Shown: positions 29,780 through 39,805, numbered from the stretch's first letter. The stretch is 64,000 nt of DNA from an uncultured Alphaproteobacteria bacterium (GCA_963775275.1 CAVZII010000005.1:1731445-1795444), one strand, 5' to 3'. Notes: generated by a model from the sequence alone, not told the origin. Program-made: numbers and translations.

Positions 29780-30856
29780 ATGAGCCGCGATCTGTTCGAG
29801 AACCCGCTGGGCACCGACGGCTTCGAGTTCGTCGAGTTCACCAGCCCCGATCCCGAGACCCTGGCCGGCCAGCTGCGGACCCTGGGCTTCGTGGCGACCG
29901 CCCGCCACCGGTCCAAGAACGTGCTGCGCTTCCGCCAGGGCGACATCAACTTCATCCTGAACATGGAGCCCGAGGGCCAGGCGGCCGACTTCCGCGCCGC
30001 CCACGGCCCCTCCGCCAACGCCATGGCCTTCCGCGTGAAGGACGCGGCCAAGGCGCTGGAGCTCGCCGTCGAGCGCGGCGCCAAGCCGGTGCAGGGACCC
30101 GTGGGGGCGATGGAGCTGAACATCCCCGCCATCGAGGGGATCGGCGGCTCGAACCTCTATCTGGTCGACCGCTACGGCGCCCAGGAGATCTACGACGTCG
30201 ACTTCAAGCCGATCGAGGGCGCCGAGGCGCGCATGGCCGAGGCGGACGTCGGCCTCGCCTACATCGACCACCTGACCCACAACGTCCACCGCGGCCAGAT
30301 GGACCGGTGGGCAGGCTTCTACGAGCGGATCTTCAATTTCCGCGAGATCCGCTACTTCGACATCGAGGGCCAGCAGACGGGGCTTCTGTCCCGCGCCATG
30401 ACCTCGCCCTGCGGCAAGATCCGCATCCCTCTGAACGAGAGCCGGGACGAGCACTCCCAGATCGAGGAGTTCCTGCGCGACTACCGCGGCGAAGGCATCC
30501 AGCACATCGCGCTGGGGACCGGCGACATCTACCAGGCGGTGGAGGAGCTGAGGGAGCGGGGCCTGAGGTTCCAGGACACGCCCGACACCTACTACGAGCA
30601 GCTCGACGCGCGCGTGCCCGGCCATGGCGAGAGCCAGCAGCGGCTGCGGGCCGACCGCATCCTGGTGGACGGCGCCCCCACCGAGGGCCAGGGCCTGCTG
30701 CTGCAGATCTTCACCGAGAACCAGGTCGGCCCGATCTTCTTCGAGATCATCCAGCGCAAGGGCAACGACGGCTTCGGCGAGGGCAACTTCAAGGCCCTGT
30801 TCGAATCCATCGAGCTCGACCAGATCCGCCGCGGCGTCCTGCCGGCCAAGGTGTGA
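29780..30856 (+). CDS. hppD: 4-hydroxyphenylpyruvate dioxygenase
   Basis: 358 aa with full-length HPPD similarity (..FEFVEF..GDINFILN..HIALGTGDIY..FFEIIQRKG..). Two vicinal oxygen chelate modules. Confidence 0.9.
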   Translation: MSRDLFENPLGTDGFEFVEFTSPDPETLAGQLRTLGFVATARHRSKNVLRFRQGDINFILNMEPEGQAADFRAAHGPSANAMAFRVKDAAKALELAVERGAKPVQGPVGAMELNIPAIEGIGGSNLYLVDRYGAQEIYDVDFKPIEGAEARMAEADVGLAYIDHLTHNVHRGQMDRWAGFYERIFNFREIRYFDIEGQQTGLLSRAMTSPCGKIRIPLNESRDEHSQIEEFLRDYRGEGIQHIALGTGDIYQAVEELRERGLRFQDTPDTYYEQLDARVPGHGESQQRLRADRILVDGAPTEGQGLLLQIFTENQVGPIFFEIIQRKGNDGFGEGNFKALFESIELDQIRRGVLPAKV

Positions 30857-30914
30857 GCCCTCGCGCTCGCCTTGCGCGGGCGCGCCGGACCCCCTATCCG
30901 AGGGGCCGCCCTGG

Positions 30915-31000
30915 GCCCCAGTGGCGAAATGGTAGACGCGACAAACTCAAAATCTGTTGTCCGCAAGGGCGTGCTGGTTCGAGTCCGGCCTGGGGCACCA
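30915..31000 (+). tRNA. tRNA-Leu (anticodon CAA)
   Basis: GCCCCAG..CTGGGGC acceptor stem, D-arm GCGAAATGGTAGACGC, anticodon loop cuCAAaa, long variable arm, T-arm GGTTCGAGTCC, discriminator A and encoded CCA. 86 nt. Confidence 0.85.
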
Positions 31001-31029
31001 CACGCGAAGTCTCTGATGCGCACGCCAAA

Positions 31030-31056
31030 GGCCGCGCCGCTTGCGGCGGCGCGGCC
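31030..31056. terminator. Perfect GC hairpin (11-bp stem) between tRNA-Leu and the flotillin 3' end
   Basis: GGCCGCGCCGC-ttgc-GGCGGCGCGGCC. Confidence 0.5.
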
Positions 31057-31078
31057 TGGCTGGGCGATCCCTCCGATC

Positions 31079-33137
31079 CTAGGCGGCGGGGGGTGAGGCG
31101 CCGTTGGCCGCTGAGGCCTGGCGAGGGCGCGCGCGCCTGCGCGTTTCAACCGGGGCCTCGGCCGGCGGTGCGGCCGCCCCATCCTGCAGCCTGCGCATCA
31201 ACAGCGGCGTCAGGGCGTTCAGCCCGGCGCCGAGGCCGCCCTCGCCGAGGTTCAGCGCCAGGTTCTGGGGCATGAAGCTCTGGGCGCCCGACGCCAGCTC
31301 GCGCACCACATTGACGATGGCGGTCTGGTCCTTGCCGATGGCCAGCTGCTGGGCCTCCAGGCCCTTGGCGATGGCTAGGCCCTCGGCCTCGGTCCTGACC
31401 GCGCCGGCGCGGCCCACCTTCTCGAGCCGATAGGACTCGCCGTCCGCCTCCGCCTGGACGCCCGAGGCCTTGTTGCGGGCGATGTCGACGCCCACGGCCG
31501 AGCGGGCGAGGTCGGACTGCATGTCGGCCCGGCCGCGCGCGGCCTCCAGGTCCAGCCGCTTTTCCTGCGCCGCCTTCTCGGCCTCGAAGGTCTGCTGCTG
31601 CTGGTTGGCGATCTCGCGCGCGGTCAGCACCTCGACCAGCTGGGGCGGGAAGACCACGTCCTGGATGTAGACCCCGCGCGTCTCGACCCGGTATTCCTTG
31701 AGCCGGTCGCTGATGTGCCTCTGCGCCTCGGCCTGGACGTCCTGGCGCTTCTCGATGAAGTCGATCGCCGGCATGGACTGCAGCTTGTCGCGGAAGTGGT
31801 TGCCGACCGCGGCCTGCAGCACCTCGTTCACCAGGTTGGTCATGGCGCCGACGGTCGAGATCACCTTGGGCGCCTCGGTGTCGGGCACGTGGATCTGGAC
31901 CTGCAGGTCCAGGTCGAAGACGAAGCCCTCGCGCGACTTGGCGGTGATCTGGCGCAGATCCTTGTCGAGGTTGTGCGCCGTCGAGGTCGCGTCCGCCCAG
32001 TTCAGGGTCAGGATGAACGTCGGCACGATCTCGGCGCTGTAGCAGCGCGGGTTGATCGCGTACTTGCCGGTGCGCAGGGGCTCCTGCCAGATGCCGCGGT
32101 GGCCCGGGCGCACCAGCGAGCCGAACTTGAACTCCTCGCCCGAGGTGTCCTCGGTGGCCAGGCCCACATAGGCCTTGATCACCGCCACCTGGCCCTGCTG
32201 GACCACCAGCATCGGCGTCAGGTCCACCGACACCAGGAAGGGATTCAGGTTGTAGGCGCCGTAGAGCAGCGGGTCGTGCTGGAGCCCGATGCGCCCGCCG
32301 TTGTCCAGGAAGGCCTGGAAGTCCTGGTAGTTGTTGTGGACCTCGTTCTTGACGGCCAGGAGGGCCTCGACGAGCTGGGAGTCCCGGACGGCGGGGTCGG
32401 CTTCGAGCGCGGTCACGTCCTCGAAGTCCCGGAGGCGGTTGGCGATCGCGCCCTTGGGCAGCGGCAGGCCCTCGAGCGCGGTGACGATGCCGATCATGTC
32501 GACGATGCGCCCGTCCTCGTGGGCGCTGGGCTGAATGCGCACGATCTCGAGCTGCTGAGGCCTCAGGCCGAAGGAGGCGCAGGTCAGGCCGGTCTTGCCG
32601 GCCAGGCGCACATAGCTGTCGTCGACCGGCACGCCATAGACGCGGTCGCGGGTGATGACGAGGAAGCCGACCGGATGGATCGGCGCGACCGTGCCCGGCG
32701 GCAGGACCGGGCGCTGGACGCCCTTGCCGCCGCCGTGGGCGACGAAGGCGCGGAGATCCTCGAAGTCGCCGAAGGCGGGCTTGCAGGCGGCCGACTTGGC
32801 GCCGATGGGCAGGGGCTGGCCGACCTGGGCGATCACCACGCCGACCTGGCCGGCGGGGATCTGCACCATGGGGTGGCGGGTGACGGCGTAGAGCGGCCAG
32901 AGCTTGAACCTCAGGCCGGGCATCAAGAGGTCGGCCTGATAGCCGGCCTCGCCGCCAAATGCGATCGGGCCCTCGCCCTTCTGAACTCGAGCCGAATCGC
33001 TTGCGAACGAGCCCCACCTCGGTGGGGCCGATGGTCCAGAAGGACCGGAGCAGGACAAACACAAGGCAAAGACCCAGAACGATGATGGCTGCGCCCGTCA
33101 GCCCGTTCTGAACGGCCAGGGCGATGATCTGGGACAC
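31079..33137 (-). CDS. Flotillin-family SPFH/band-7 protein, interrupted by an apparent +1 frameshift near 32975-32990
   Basis: N-terminal TM plus start of the SPFH domain (MSQIIALAVQNGLTGAAIIVLGLCLVFVLLRSFWTIGPTEVGLVRKRFG) is in the 33137 frame. The remaining ~640 aa (..GEGPIAFGGEAGYQADLLMPGLRFKLWPLYAVTRH.. and a coiled-coil/flotillin C-terminus) is in the 31079..33064 frame. Total span is 3n+1. Confidence 0.75.
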
Positions 33138-33219
33138 CGTGGTCTCCCGTGGGGTGGCGCGCCAAGAGCAGCGCCGTCTTCAGTTAATCATGCCCCAATA
33201 GCCAAGCCAGAGTTGCGGC

Positions 33220-33252
33220 GCCGAAATCGGCGCTCGGCGGGCGGAAATCGGC
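33220..33252. promoter_or_regulatory. Two 12-bp palindromes (GCCGAAATCGGC / GCGGAAATCGGC) spaced 21 bp centre-to-centre, in the divergent promoter region between flotillin and the small secreted protein
   Basis: Each site is a GCCGA-aa-TCGGC palindrome. Two helical turns apart suggests a tandem operator for a dimeric regulator. Confidence 0.4.
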
Positions 33253-33353
33253 GCCTCCACTCTGGGACGAGCGCTGCTTTACTTGCCTGCGCCGCGATCT
33301 AGAGTGGCCGCGTTCGGTCCCGCCCGGACGGGGCCGCCAGGGAGGACGTCCCC

Positions 33354-33641
33354 ATGATCGCCCTTTTGCTCGCCGCCGCCGTCGCCTCGGGCGACCCGGC
33401 GCATCCCCAGGCGCCCGATCAGGACACGTCCAAGTCCGCGCCAAAGCGCGCCGCGGCCGACCCCAACAAGGTCGTCTGCCGCTACGAGGAGGTGGCGGGC
33501 CAGCGCATCCCCACCCGCATCTGCATGACCCGCGCGCAGTGGACCGCCCAGGACGAGAAGATGGAGCAGTTCTTCCAGCAGCAGCGCGACGCCGGCGCCA
33601 TCGCCCAGCCCAGCGGCCCCCCGGCCACCGGCGTTCCTTAA
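33354..33641 (+). CDS. Hypothetical small secreted protein (2 Cys)
   Basis: 95 aa. Signal peptide MIALLLAAAVASG, GGGAGGA RBS 8 nt upstream, native GC3. Confidence 0.55.
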   Translation: MIALLLAAAVASGDPAHPQAPDQDTSKSAPKRAAADPNKVVCRYEEVAGQRIPTRICMTRAQWTAQDEKMEQFFQQQRDAGAIAQPSGPPATGVP

Positions 33642-33660
33642 GGTCCTTCCGCCGGCGCCC

Positions 33661-34443
33661 TCACGGGCTCCAGGTGAAACTGTACTTGAAGCCTGCGCCG
33701 GCGGAGATCTCGTCGCGCGAGCCGATCGCCTGGACGACCGGGCTGTCGGCCGGCTTGTCGCCCAGCCGGTGGTAGCCGAGGTTCGCGACCGCCTGCCAGC
33801 TCTCGCTGATCCGATAGACGGCGGTGGCCTCGCCGCCCACGTAGCGCAGGCCGCCGGATGAGGCGTAGGCGCTCGTGATCAGGGAATTGGCCGCCGCATC
33901 GGCCGGGGTCACGCCGAAATAGGCGCTCATGTAGCTGTGGTCGCCGAAGCCGACCCTGGGGCCGATGGTGGCGGTCCAGCGCCCGGATCGGGCGACGAGG
34001 TCGAGCCCGCCGTCCTCGACCCAGCCGTGGTGGCCCCTCACGCCACGCCGCACCTCGGCGTGCAGCCGCAGCCAGTCGGTCGGCCAGATGGTGACGAAGG
34101 CGCCGGGCTCGATCGCCAGGGCCACCGTGTGCAGCCCGGCGCGCACGCCGAAGTCGTCGCGCCTGGCCCGCAGGCGCAGGTTCGGGCCGAAGCTGACCGG
34201 CCCGATGCCCAGCAGGTTCAGGCCGAGGGCGTCGTCGGGCAGGGCCACCCGTTCGGGCGAGCCGGGCCGCCGGATGGACAGGGTGGGAACGGGCACGAGG
34301 ATGTCGTGGCCGGCGCCCTCATAGGGCGGCGTCGCCTGGAGCCGCCCCCCGACGCTGACGGTCCAGGGCGCCGCCTGGGCGGCCCCGGCGCCGATGCCGA
34401 CGGCCGCGCCGAACGCCAACGCTCCGATCACCTTGGTCTTCAT
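33661..34443 (-). CDS. mipA: MipA/OmpV-family outer-membrane protein
   Basis: 260 aa. Signal peptide MKTKVIGALAFGAAVGIGAGAAQA, a beta-barrel-like alternating pattern, aromatic C-terminus (..FKYSFTWSP). Confidence 0.75.
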   Translation of the reverse strand: MKTKVIGALAFGAAVGIGAGAAQAAPWTVSVGGRLQATPPYEGAGHDILVPVPTLSIRRPGSPERVALPDDALGLNLLGIGPVSFGPNLRLRARRDDFGVRAGLHTVALAIEPGAFVTIWPTDWLRLHAEVRRGVRGHHGWVEDGGLDLVARSGRWTATIGPRVGFGDHSYMSAYFGVTPADAAANSLITSAYASSGGLRYVGGEATAVYRISESWQAVANLGYHRLGDKPADSPVVQAIGSRDEISAGAGFKYSFTWSP

Positions 34444-34608
34444 CGCCGTTCCATGGGAGCCGCCCGAATCGCGCAGGGCGCGCAAGGAAGAATGAATGGG
34501 GCTGCTGCTGGTTCAAGGCAGCCAGATAACGCCTGCGCCCATGGGGCGCCCGCCGCCTTGCGTTTGATCAAGCAGCCGGTGCGAGCGACCGTGGACGGCC
34601 CGCCGGGC

Positions 34609-35688
34609 TCAGCGGCCCTTGTTCAGGGTGCGGTATTCCACGAGCCGGCTCTTGTCGCGGCTGACCTGGTCGCCGATGGTGTCGTCCAGGTCCAGCGTGG
34701 CGTAGCGAATCCAGCTCTCGGACCCCAGCTTGTCGCGCGCCAGGTTCAGCGGCGTCTTCCAGAAGTGGTAGGACACCCAGCCCATCGCCAGGCCCAGCAC
34801 GCCGGCGACCGCCTGCAGCGCGCGGAACGCGCCCGCGCTCGCCGTGGCGGGGACCGGCTGCAGCGCGAACAGCCCCGCCCAAACCAGGATGATCAGCACC
34901 GCCAGGGCGCCGCCGACCCAGTTGGTCCAGTAGCGCTCGCGCCGCACGCGCCACATCTCGACCTGGATGAACTTCTCCAGGTACTCCATGCGCTTGGCCA
35001 CCCACATCACCAGGCGAACGAGGAACTTGGAGCGCCGGCCCCAGGCTTCGCCCTCGTGCTGGTAGTGGGTCTCCTCCTGGTCGGGCAGGGCGCGCAGGGT
35101 GGTGTAGAGGTTCTGCAGCTCGCGGGTGCGCTGGATGATCTGGCGCGACAGCTCGTAGCTGCGGTTCTCCAGGCTGATCCGGTACTGCACGAACACCAGG
35201 ACGTTGATCCCCGCGAACACCGCCGGGGTCAGGACCATGGCCGCGATCACCCCGGCGATCCCGCCGGCGGTCCCCATGCCGAGGCCCGCGCCGATCGAAG
35301 GGCCCTGCACCGCCAGGAGCCACAGGGTCGCCAGGGCCAGCGCCAGCAGCAGCCGCTTGATCCCGACGTAGAAGGCCAGGGCCCCGAAGAACCGCCGGGT
35401 GTAGCGGCTGATCAGCGCCCGGATGTCCTCGTCGTCGGGAAACCGGTCGGCGATGCTGTCCTCGTAGAACCGGTAGAAGCGGTGCGGCTTGCTGTTGGTC
35501 TCCGAGAACGGAAACATGTCCAGCGGAGTGTTGAAGTAGCGGTCGATCTCGTCCGACAGCTGGGTCTGCCGCTCGGGCGAGGGATGGGTGTAGTCCCCCT
35601 CGGAGATGGCGCGCAGGGTGAGATTGCGCGTGGACAGCCGCGGCGGCGCCCGGTCCGGCTGCTCGTTGTCCGCGGTCATGATCCTCAC
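34609..35688 (-). CDS. Hypothetical integral membrane protein, no recognisable domain
   Basis: 359 aa. Diverse native-like composition. Two hydrophobic blocks (~aa 100-170 and 275-300) separated by Arg/Glu-rich predicted helices. It is the real frame; the overlapping 588-aa ORF 34568..36334 is a shadow. Confidence 0.65.
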   Translation of the reverse strand: MRIMTADNEQPDRAPPRLSTRNLTLRAISEGDYTHPSPERQTQLSDEIDRYFNTPLDMFPFSETNSKPHRFYRFYEDSIADRFPDDEDIRALISRYTRRFFGALAFYVGIKRLLLALALATLWLLAVQGPSIGAGLGMGTAGGIAGVIAAMVLTPAVFAGINVLVFVQYRISLENRSYELSRQIIQRTRELQNLYTTLRALPDQEETHYQHEGEAWGRRSKFLVRLVMWVAKRMEYLEKFIQVEMWRVRRERYWTNWVGGALAVLIILVWAGLFALQPVPATASAGAFRALQAVAGVLGLAMGWVSYHFWKTPLNLARDKLGSESWIRYATLDLDDTIGDQVSRDKSRLVEYRTLNKGR

Positions 35689-35844
35689 CCCCAGGCGCGC
35701 TCGTCCCTAAGATAGGTTGAGCCGCGCCCGGGAGCCAGAATCCTCGCCGATCGCGGGAGTGCGCGGCGCGGCGGCCCCGCCGACGGACTTTCGGCGCCCG
35801 CCAGGCCGGCGGCGACGCCCAACCGGCAGGCGCCCGGCCGCCGC

Positions 35845-36297
35845 TCAGTTCAGGGCGAGGAACCCTGCGTTCAGCACCGTGGCGAAGGCGACCCAGAGGG
35901 CGTAGGGCGTGAACAGCAGCGCCGAGGTCCGGTCGCGCGACCAGCACGTCTCGATGAAGGCGACGATGACGGCAAGGAGCAGGACGATCACCGCCAGCGC
36001 GAGCCCCATCCGATGGGCCGCGAAGAAGACCGGCGACCAGAGGAAGTTCAGCGCCAGCTGCGCGCCCCACAGGCGCATCGGCCAGCCGGCGCGGTCCCGG
36101 CGCCAGAGGCGCCATCCCGTCACGGCGATCAGGACGTAGATCGCGCTCCAGGCGATCGGGAACACCCAGCCCGGCGGCGTGAAGGCCGGCTTGGCGAGGC
36201 CCGCGTACCACGGGCCTGGCGCGGTGGCGTAGCCGATCGCAAGCCCGCCGCCGAGGACCAGGGCGACGAAGGCGATCAGGGTAAGTCCCGCTTTCAT
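35845..36297 (-). CDS. tspO: TspO/MBR tryptophan-rich sensory protein
   Basis: 150 aa, five TMs, with conserved W/P positions (..WYAGLAKPAFTPPGWVFPIAWSAIYVL..LNFLWSPVFF..). Confidence 0.85.
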   Translation of the reverse strand: MKAGLTLIAFVALVLGGGLAIGYATAPGPWYAGLAKPAFTPPGWVFPIAWSAIYVLIAVTGWRLWRRDRAGWPMRLWGAQLALNFLWSPVFFAAHRMGLALAVIVLLLAVIVAFIETCWSRDRTSALLFTPYALWVAFATVLNAGFLALN

Positions 36298-36443
36298 GGC
36301 CGGTGAGGTTCCTCCTGGCGAACCCGTCCTTCAAGCTTGACCGGAGCGGATTTTGGGGGTTGGCCGGCCGGCTTGAGCCAGATCAAGGCCGCAGCGCCCC
36401 GCCGCCGTCGAATTGCGGCCCTGCGAACAAGGGAGAGACACGC

Positions 36444-36947
36444 ATGTCCGTGACCGAGGAGGAGCTTGGAGTCGTCGAGCGGATCGAGGGCGGCGCCGTG
36501 CGGGCGCGGCTCGAGCGGCTGTTCGAGGCCGACCAGGCGGCGGTCTGGGCGGCCCTGACCGAGCCTGGCCAACTCGCCCAGTGGCTGGCGCCCGGCGAGA
36601 TCGCGCTCTTCAAGGGCGGTCCGGCCAAGCTCGACTTCGTCGACAGCGGCATCGTCATCGACAGCACCGTGGCCGCGGTCGATCCGCCGCGCCTGCTGCA
36701 ATACTCCTGGAGCGGGCCGGGCGAGCCCGAGCGGCCCCTGCGCTGGGAGACGGCCGAGGCGGGCGATGGCTCGACGCGCCTGACCCTCACCGTGACAATT
36801 CCCGCGGGCGAGGACGCGGCCAAGGCCTGCGCCGGCTTCGTGGCGCACCTGCAGATGCTCGCCGCCGCCCTCTATGGCGCGCCGATGAAGTTCCCGTTCG
36901 ACGTCTACAAGGCCGCGCGCGAAGCCTACAAGGCGCGCCTGCTCTGA
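36444..36947 (+). CDS. SRPBCC-superfamily protein (Aha1-like)
   Basis: 167 aa MSVTEEELGVVERIEGGAVRARLERLFEADQAAVWAALTEPGQLAQWL.. GGGAGAG RBS. Start is inside the longer 36303..36947 ORF. Confidence 0.7.
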   Translation: MSVTEEELGVVERIEGGAVRARLERLFEADQAAVWAALTEPGQLAQWLAPGEIALFKGGPAKLDFVDSGIVIDSTVAAVDPPRLLQYSWSGPGEPERPLRWETAEAGDGSTRLTLTVTIPAGEDAAKACAGFVAHLQMLAAALYGAPMKFPFDVYKAAREAYKARLL

Positions 36948-36951
36948 CGAC

Positions 36952-37563
36952 CTAACCAGCGGCGGCCGGGCGGCCGTTGCAGCGGGCGAGCCATTCGGCG
37001 AGCCGGGGAAAGCCGGAGAAGTCGAACTTCGCCATCGCGCCGGCCCCGATCGAGGCGGCGACGTTCAGGTCGGCGGCGGTGAAGCGGTCTCCCACCAGCC
37101 AGCGGCGGCCGGAGAGGACGCCGTCCAGCACCGCGAGCGGGGTCTTCAGACGTTCGGCCGCCTGGTCCGCGGCGGCCGCGTCGCGGGCGGCCTCGGGCTT
37201 GAACACGCGCTCCATCAGAACCGTGTTCATGTGCGGGTCGATCTCGTTGACCGCCCAGAAGCTCCATTGCCAGACGCGGCCCTCGTCCTCGACGCTCGAG
37301 GGGTAGATCGGCCCCTCGCCGCCCGAGCCGTACTTCTTGGCGAGGTAGAGCACGATCGCGAAGGACTCGAAGAGCCTGGTTCCGTCGTCGTCGATTGCAG
37401 GGATGCGGCCGTTGGGATTGATCGCCAGGAACTCGGGTCTCTTGGTGCTTCCGTCGTGGGGGTCCACCTGGACGAGGTCGAAGTCGACGCCCGTCTCGCG
37501 CGCGGCCCACAGCGCCCGCGAGGCGCGGGAAAAGGCGGTCCCGTAGATCTTCAGTCTGGCCAT
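36952..37563 (-). CDS. Glutathione S-transferase
   Basis: 203 aa [66 protein letters not shown] is a GST N-terminal thioredoxin-like domain plus C-terminal helical domain. Confidence 0.85.
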   Translation of the reverse strand: MARLKIYGTAFSRASRALWAARETGVDFDLVQVDPHDGSTKRPEFLAINPNGRIPAIDDDGTRLFESFAIVLYLAKKYGSGGEGPIYPSSVEDEGRVWQWSFWAVNEIDPHMNTVLMERVFKPEAARDAAAADQAAERLKTPLAVLDGVLSGRRWLVGDRFTAADLNVAASIGAGAMAKFDFSGFPRLAEWLARCNGRPAAAG

Positions 37564-37738
37564 CGTCGTCCCTCCCGGCGGCGCGGTCGATCGCCGCGTG
37601 CGCCGCAGGCTTATCGCGCGCAGGCCGGTCTTGGCCAAGGGCCCGTCGGAATCCACAGGGACCCTGGCGAAATCGAGGTGGCGGGCAACTGGCGCGCGGC
37701 GTCGAACTAAGGCTAAGCTGCGCGCGGAGGAACGCCCA

Positions 37739-39220
37739 ATGAGATTCAAGTCCCTGGCGCTGGTCGGCGCCGTTGTCGTTGCCGCCGGCGCCTGGAGTTC
37801 GGCCTCGGGTCCGGCCGACGCCTGGCCGTTCCATTCGAAATCGGGGGCGGCGAAGCCGGCCTCCGCCGCTGCGCCGGCCGCGCCCCAGGCCGCGCCGGCC
37901 CAGGCCTCCGCGCCGCCGACGCCGAGGTCCCAGGACCTGCGCCGCCGCATCGGTCCCTTCGGCATCCCCTATCCGTTCGACCTGTCCTACATGCTGCGCG
38001 GCGGCTACGGCCCGTTCGGCCGGCCCAACCCCGAGATCAAGGGCCCGCCGCCCGGCGTCGAGCCCCTGCCGAACGACATGTTCACGTCCAAGAACTTCTA
38101 CAAGGACAGGAAGCTCTGGTCCGACCCGCGCTATTACCGCTGCAATACGCCCCGCGCGATGATCGAGTGGATGTGGGAGTCCGGCAAGATCGGCAAGAAC
38201 CCGCCGACCTCCGCCTCGTGGGGCGACAGCTGCGACAGCCTCTATCCGCGCGACAAGATCGTCAGCCCATATCCCTACAAGACCGCCAAGGCGCAGTACG
38301 AGGCCCTGCTCGCCAAGGCGAAGGCGCACGGCGGGCCCACGGTCTACACCAAGGCCACGACGCCGGACTGGGACGGATTCTACACGCGCGACCCGGACGC
38401 CAGCGACATCCCCTCCGGAAGCTATGTGGAGGACCGCCGCGCCGGCGGGCCGGGCCGCGGCGAGCGCTGGATCTGGGGCGGGATCGACCAGGCGCCGACG
38501 ATCCTGTCGCTCCTGACCCCGAAATATCAGACCCGCTGGGTCCAGGCGCTCTATCACGAGACCGTCGACAACTCGAAGCAGTGGAACGCTTCGTTCTGCT
38601 ATCCGGAAGGCTTCGTCCGCCTGTGGGCGGGAGCGTCCCAGGCGTCGAACTTCGAGCTGACCATGACGCCCTACAAGGTCCAGTTCCTGGGCGGCGTGGC
38701 CGACAATTTCCTGCGCGAGATCCTGATCGGGCGCCAGCACGTCCAGACGGTGCCCCAGTGGTACGGCGAGACGGTGGGCTTCTGGGACGGGGACACCCTG
38801 GTGACCTGGACCGCCGACATCCAGGGCTGGACCCAGCACACCATGTTCGAGTTCAGCTCGCAGATGGAGACGGTCGAGATCTTCAAGCCCGCCTACGACA
38901 AGAAGCATCACTTCATCGGCATCGACCACGAGGCGATCTGGTACGATCCCGAAGCCCTGGTGCAGCCGGTGCGGCTCTTCGAGCGCTACCTGCGCATCGC
39001 GCCGCCGAACGATCCCAGGGCGCGGTTCACCTTCATCGAGTGCCTGTCCAACATCAAGAACGTGAACGGCCGGCCCAAGCAGCTGACCAAGGAAGACCCG
39101 GACTACGTCGACTATTACGGCCGGCCCTGGGCCCAGAACTGGGAGACCTGGCTCGAGAAGGGCTGGGACAAGCCCGACGACGAAGAGGTGCCGCAGGACG
39201 TGCTCGACCTGTTGAAGTAG
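37739..39220 (+). CDS. Large secreted protein of unknown function, Trp/Tyr/Pro-rich (possibly DUF1329-like; unverified)
   Basis: 493 aa. Signal peptide [28 protein letters not shown], a low-complexity Ala/Pro linker, then a ~400-aa aromatic-rich domain. Native codon usage. Confidence 0.75.
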   Translation: MRFKSLALVGAVVVAAGAWSSASGPADAWPFHSKSGAAKPASAAAPAAPQAAPAQASAPPTPRSQDLRRRIGPFGIPYPFDLSYMLRGGYGPFGRPNPEIKGPPPGVEPLPNDMFTSKNFYKDRKLWSDPRYYRCNTPRAMIEWMWESGKIGKNPPTSASWGDSCDSLYPRDKIVSPYPYKTAKAQYEALLAKAKAHGGPTVYTKATTPDWDGFYTRDPDASDIPSGSYVEDRRAGGPGRGERWIWGGIDQAPTILSLLTPKYQTRWVQALYHETVDNSKQWNASFCYPEGFVRLWAGASQASNFELTMTPYKVQFLGGVADNFLREILIGRQHVQTVPQWYGETVGFWDGDTLVTWTADIQGWTQHTMFEFSSQMETVEIFKPAYDKKHHFIGIDHEAIWYDPEALVQPVRLFERYLRIAPPNDPRARFTFIECLSNIKNVNGRPKQLTKEDPDYVDYYGRPWAQNWETWLEKGWDKPDDEEVPQDVLDLLK

Positions 39221-39274
39221 AGTGGGCGGGGGCCCGGACCGAAATCGCGCTCAGCGCGCCATAGGGGAAGAGAC

Positions 39275-39754
39275 GTGAATACAGGAATGCTTACCGGCGC
39301 TCGGGCCGCCGCCATCGCAGCCGCGGCCGCCTTGGGGGCCGTGGCCGGCCCGGCCATGGCCCACCACTCCTTCGCCATGTACGACCAGACCAAGACCCTG
39401 GTCCTGACCGGCGTGACGACGACCTTCATCGGCCAGGCCAACCACGCCGAGCTGCACTTCTACATGATCGGGCCGGACGGCAAGCTGGAGCGGGGCAAGG
39501 ACGGCAAGTTCGTCGACTACGGCGTCGAGATGATGGGCGCCGCGGCCATGGCCGAGCAGGGGATCACGGCCGCGACCTTCCCTGCCGGCACCATCTTCAG
39601 CGTCAAGGTCAACCCCATGCGCGACGGCTCGAACTTCGGATCGCGCGCCGGCGCCACGCCGATCGCCAAGTGCCCCTGGAAGACGCCGCCCGCGCCGGGC
39701 AAGACCTGCGCCACCGTCAAGGGCGTGCAGCTGCTCGGCGGCGCTGCGTTCTAA
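39275..39754 (+). CDS. Small secreted protein whose mature N-terminus would begin His-His (DUF6152-like; family assignment from memory)
   Basis: 159 aa. Signal peptide ..AAAALGAVAGPAMA / HHSFAMYDQTKTLVLTGVTTTFIGQANHAELHF.. Two Cys near the C-terminus (..KCPWKTPPAPGKTCA..). Confidence 0.7.
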   Translation: MNTGMLTGARAAAIAAAAALGAVAGPAMAHHSFAMYDQTKTLVLTGVTTTFIGQANHAELHFYMIGPDGKLERGKDGKFVDYGVEMMGAAAMAEQGITAATFPAGTIFSVKVNPMRDGSNFGSRAGATPIAKCPWKTPPAPGKTCATVKGVQLLGGAAF

Positions 39755-39805
39755 GTCGCTCGCCCCGGCTCAGGCTTTCACGAAACCTGCGACAGGAGGC
39801 CCCCG

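Noticed and set aside
27281-31275. Several 400-850-aa ORFs (27281..28738, 27926..29545, 28717..31275, 29654..30625)
   Set aside because: All are Gly/Arg/Pro/Ala-rich with no domain signal. The region is fully explained by ahpC, coq7, dsbB, yqaA and hppD on the appropriate strands.
34568-36334. 588-aa minus-strand ORF and 33937..35715 plus-strand ORF
   Set aside because: Low-complexity shadow frames over the 359-aa membrane protein and tspO.
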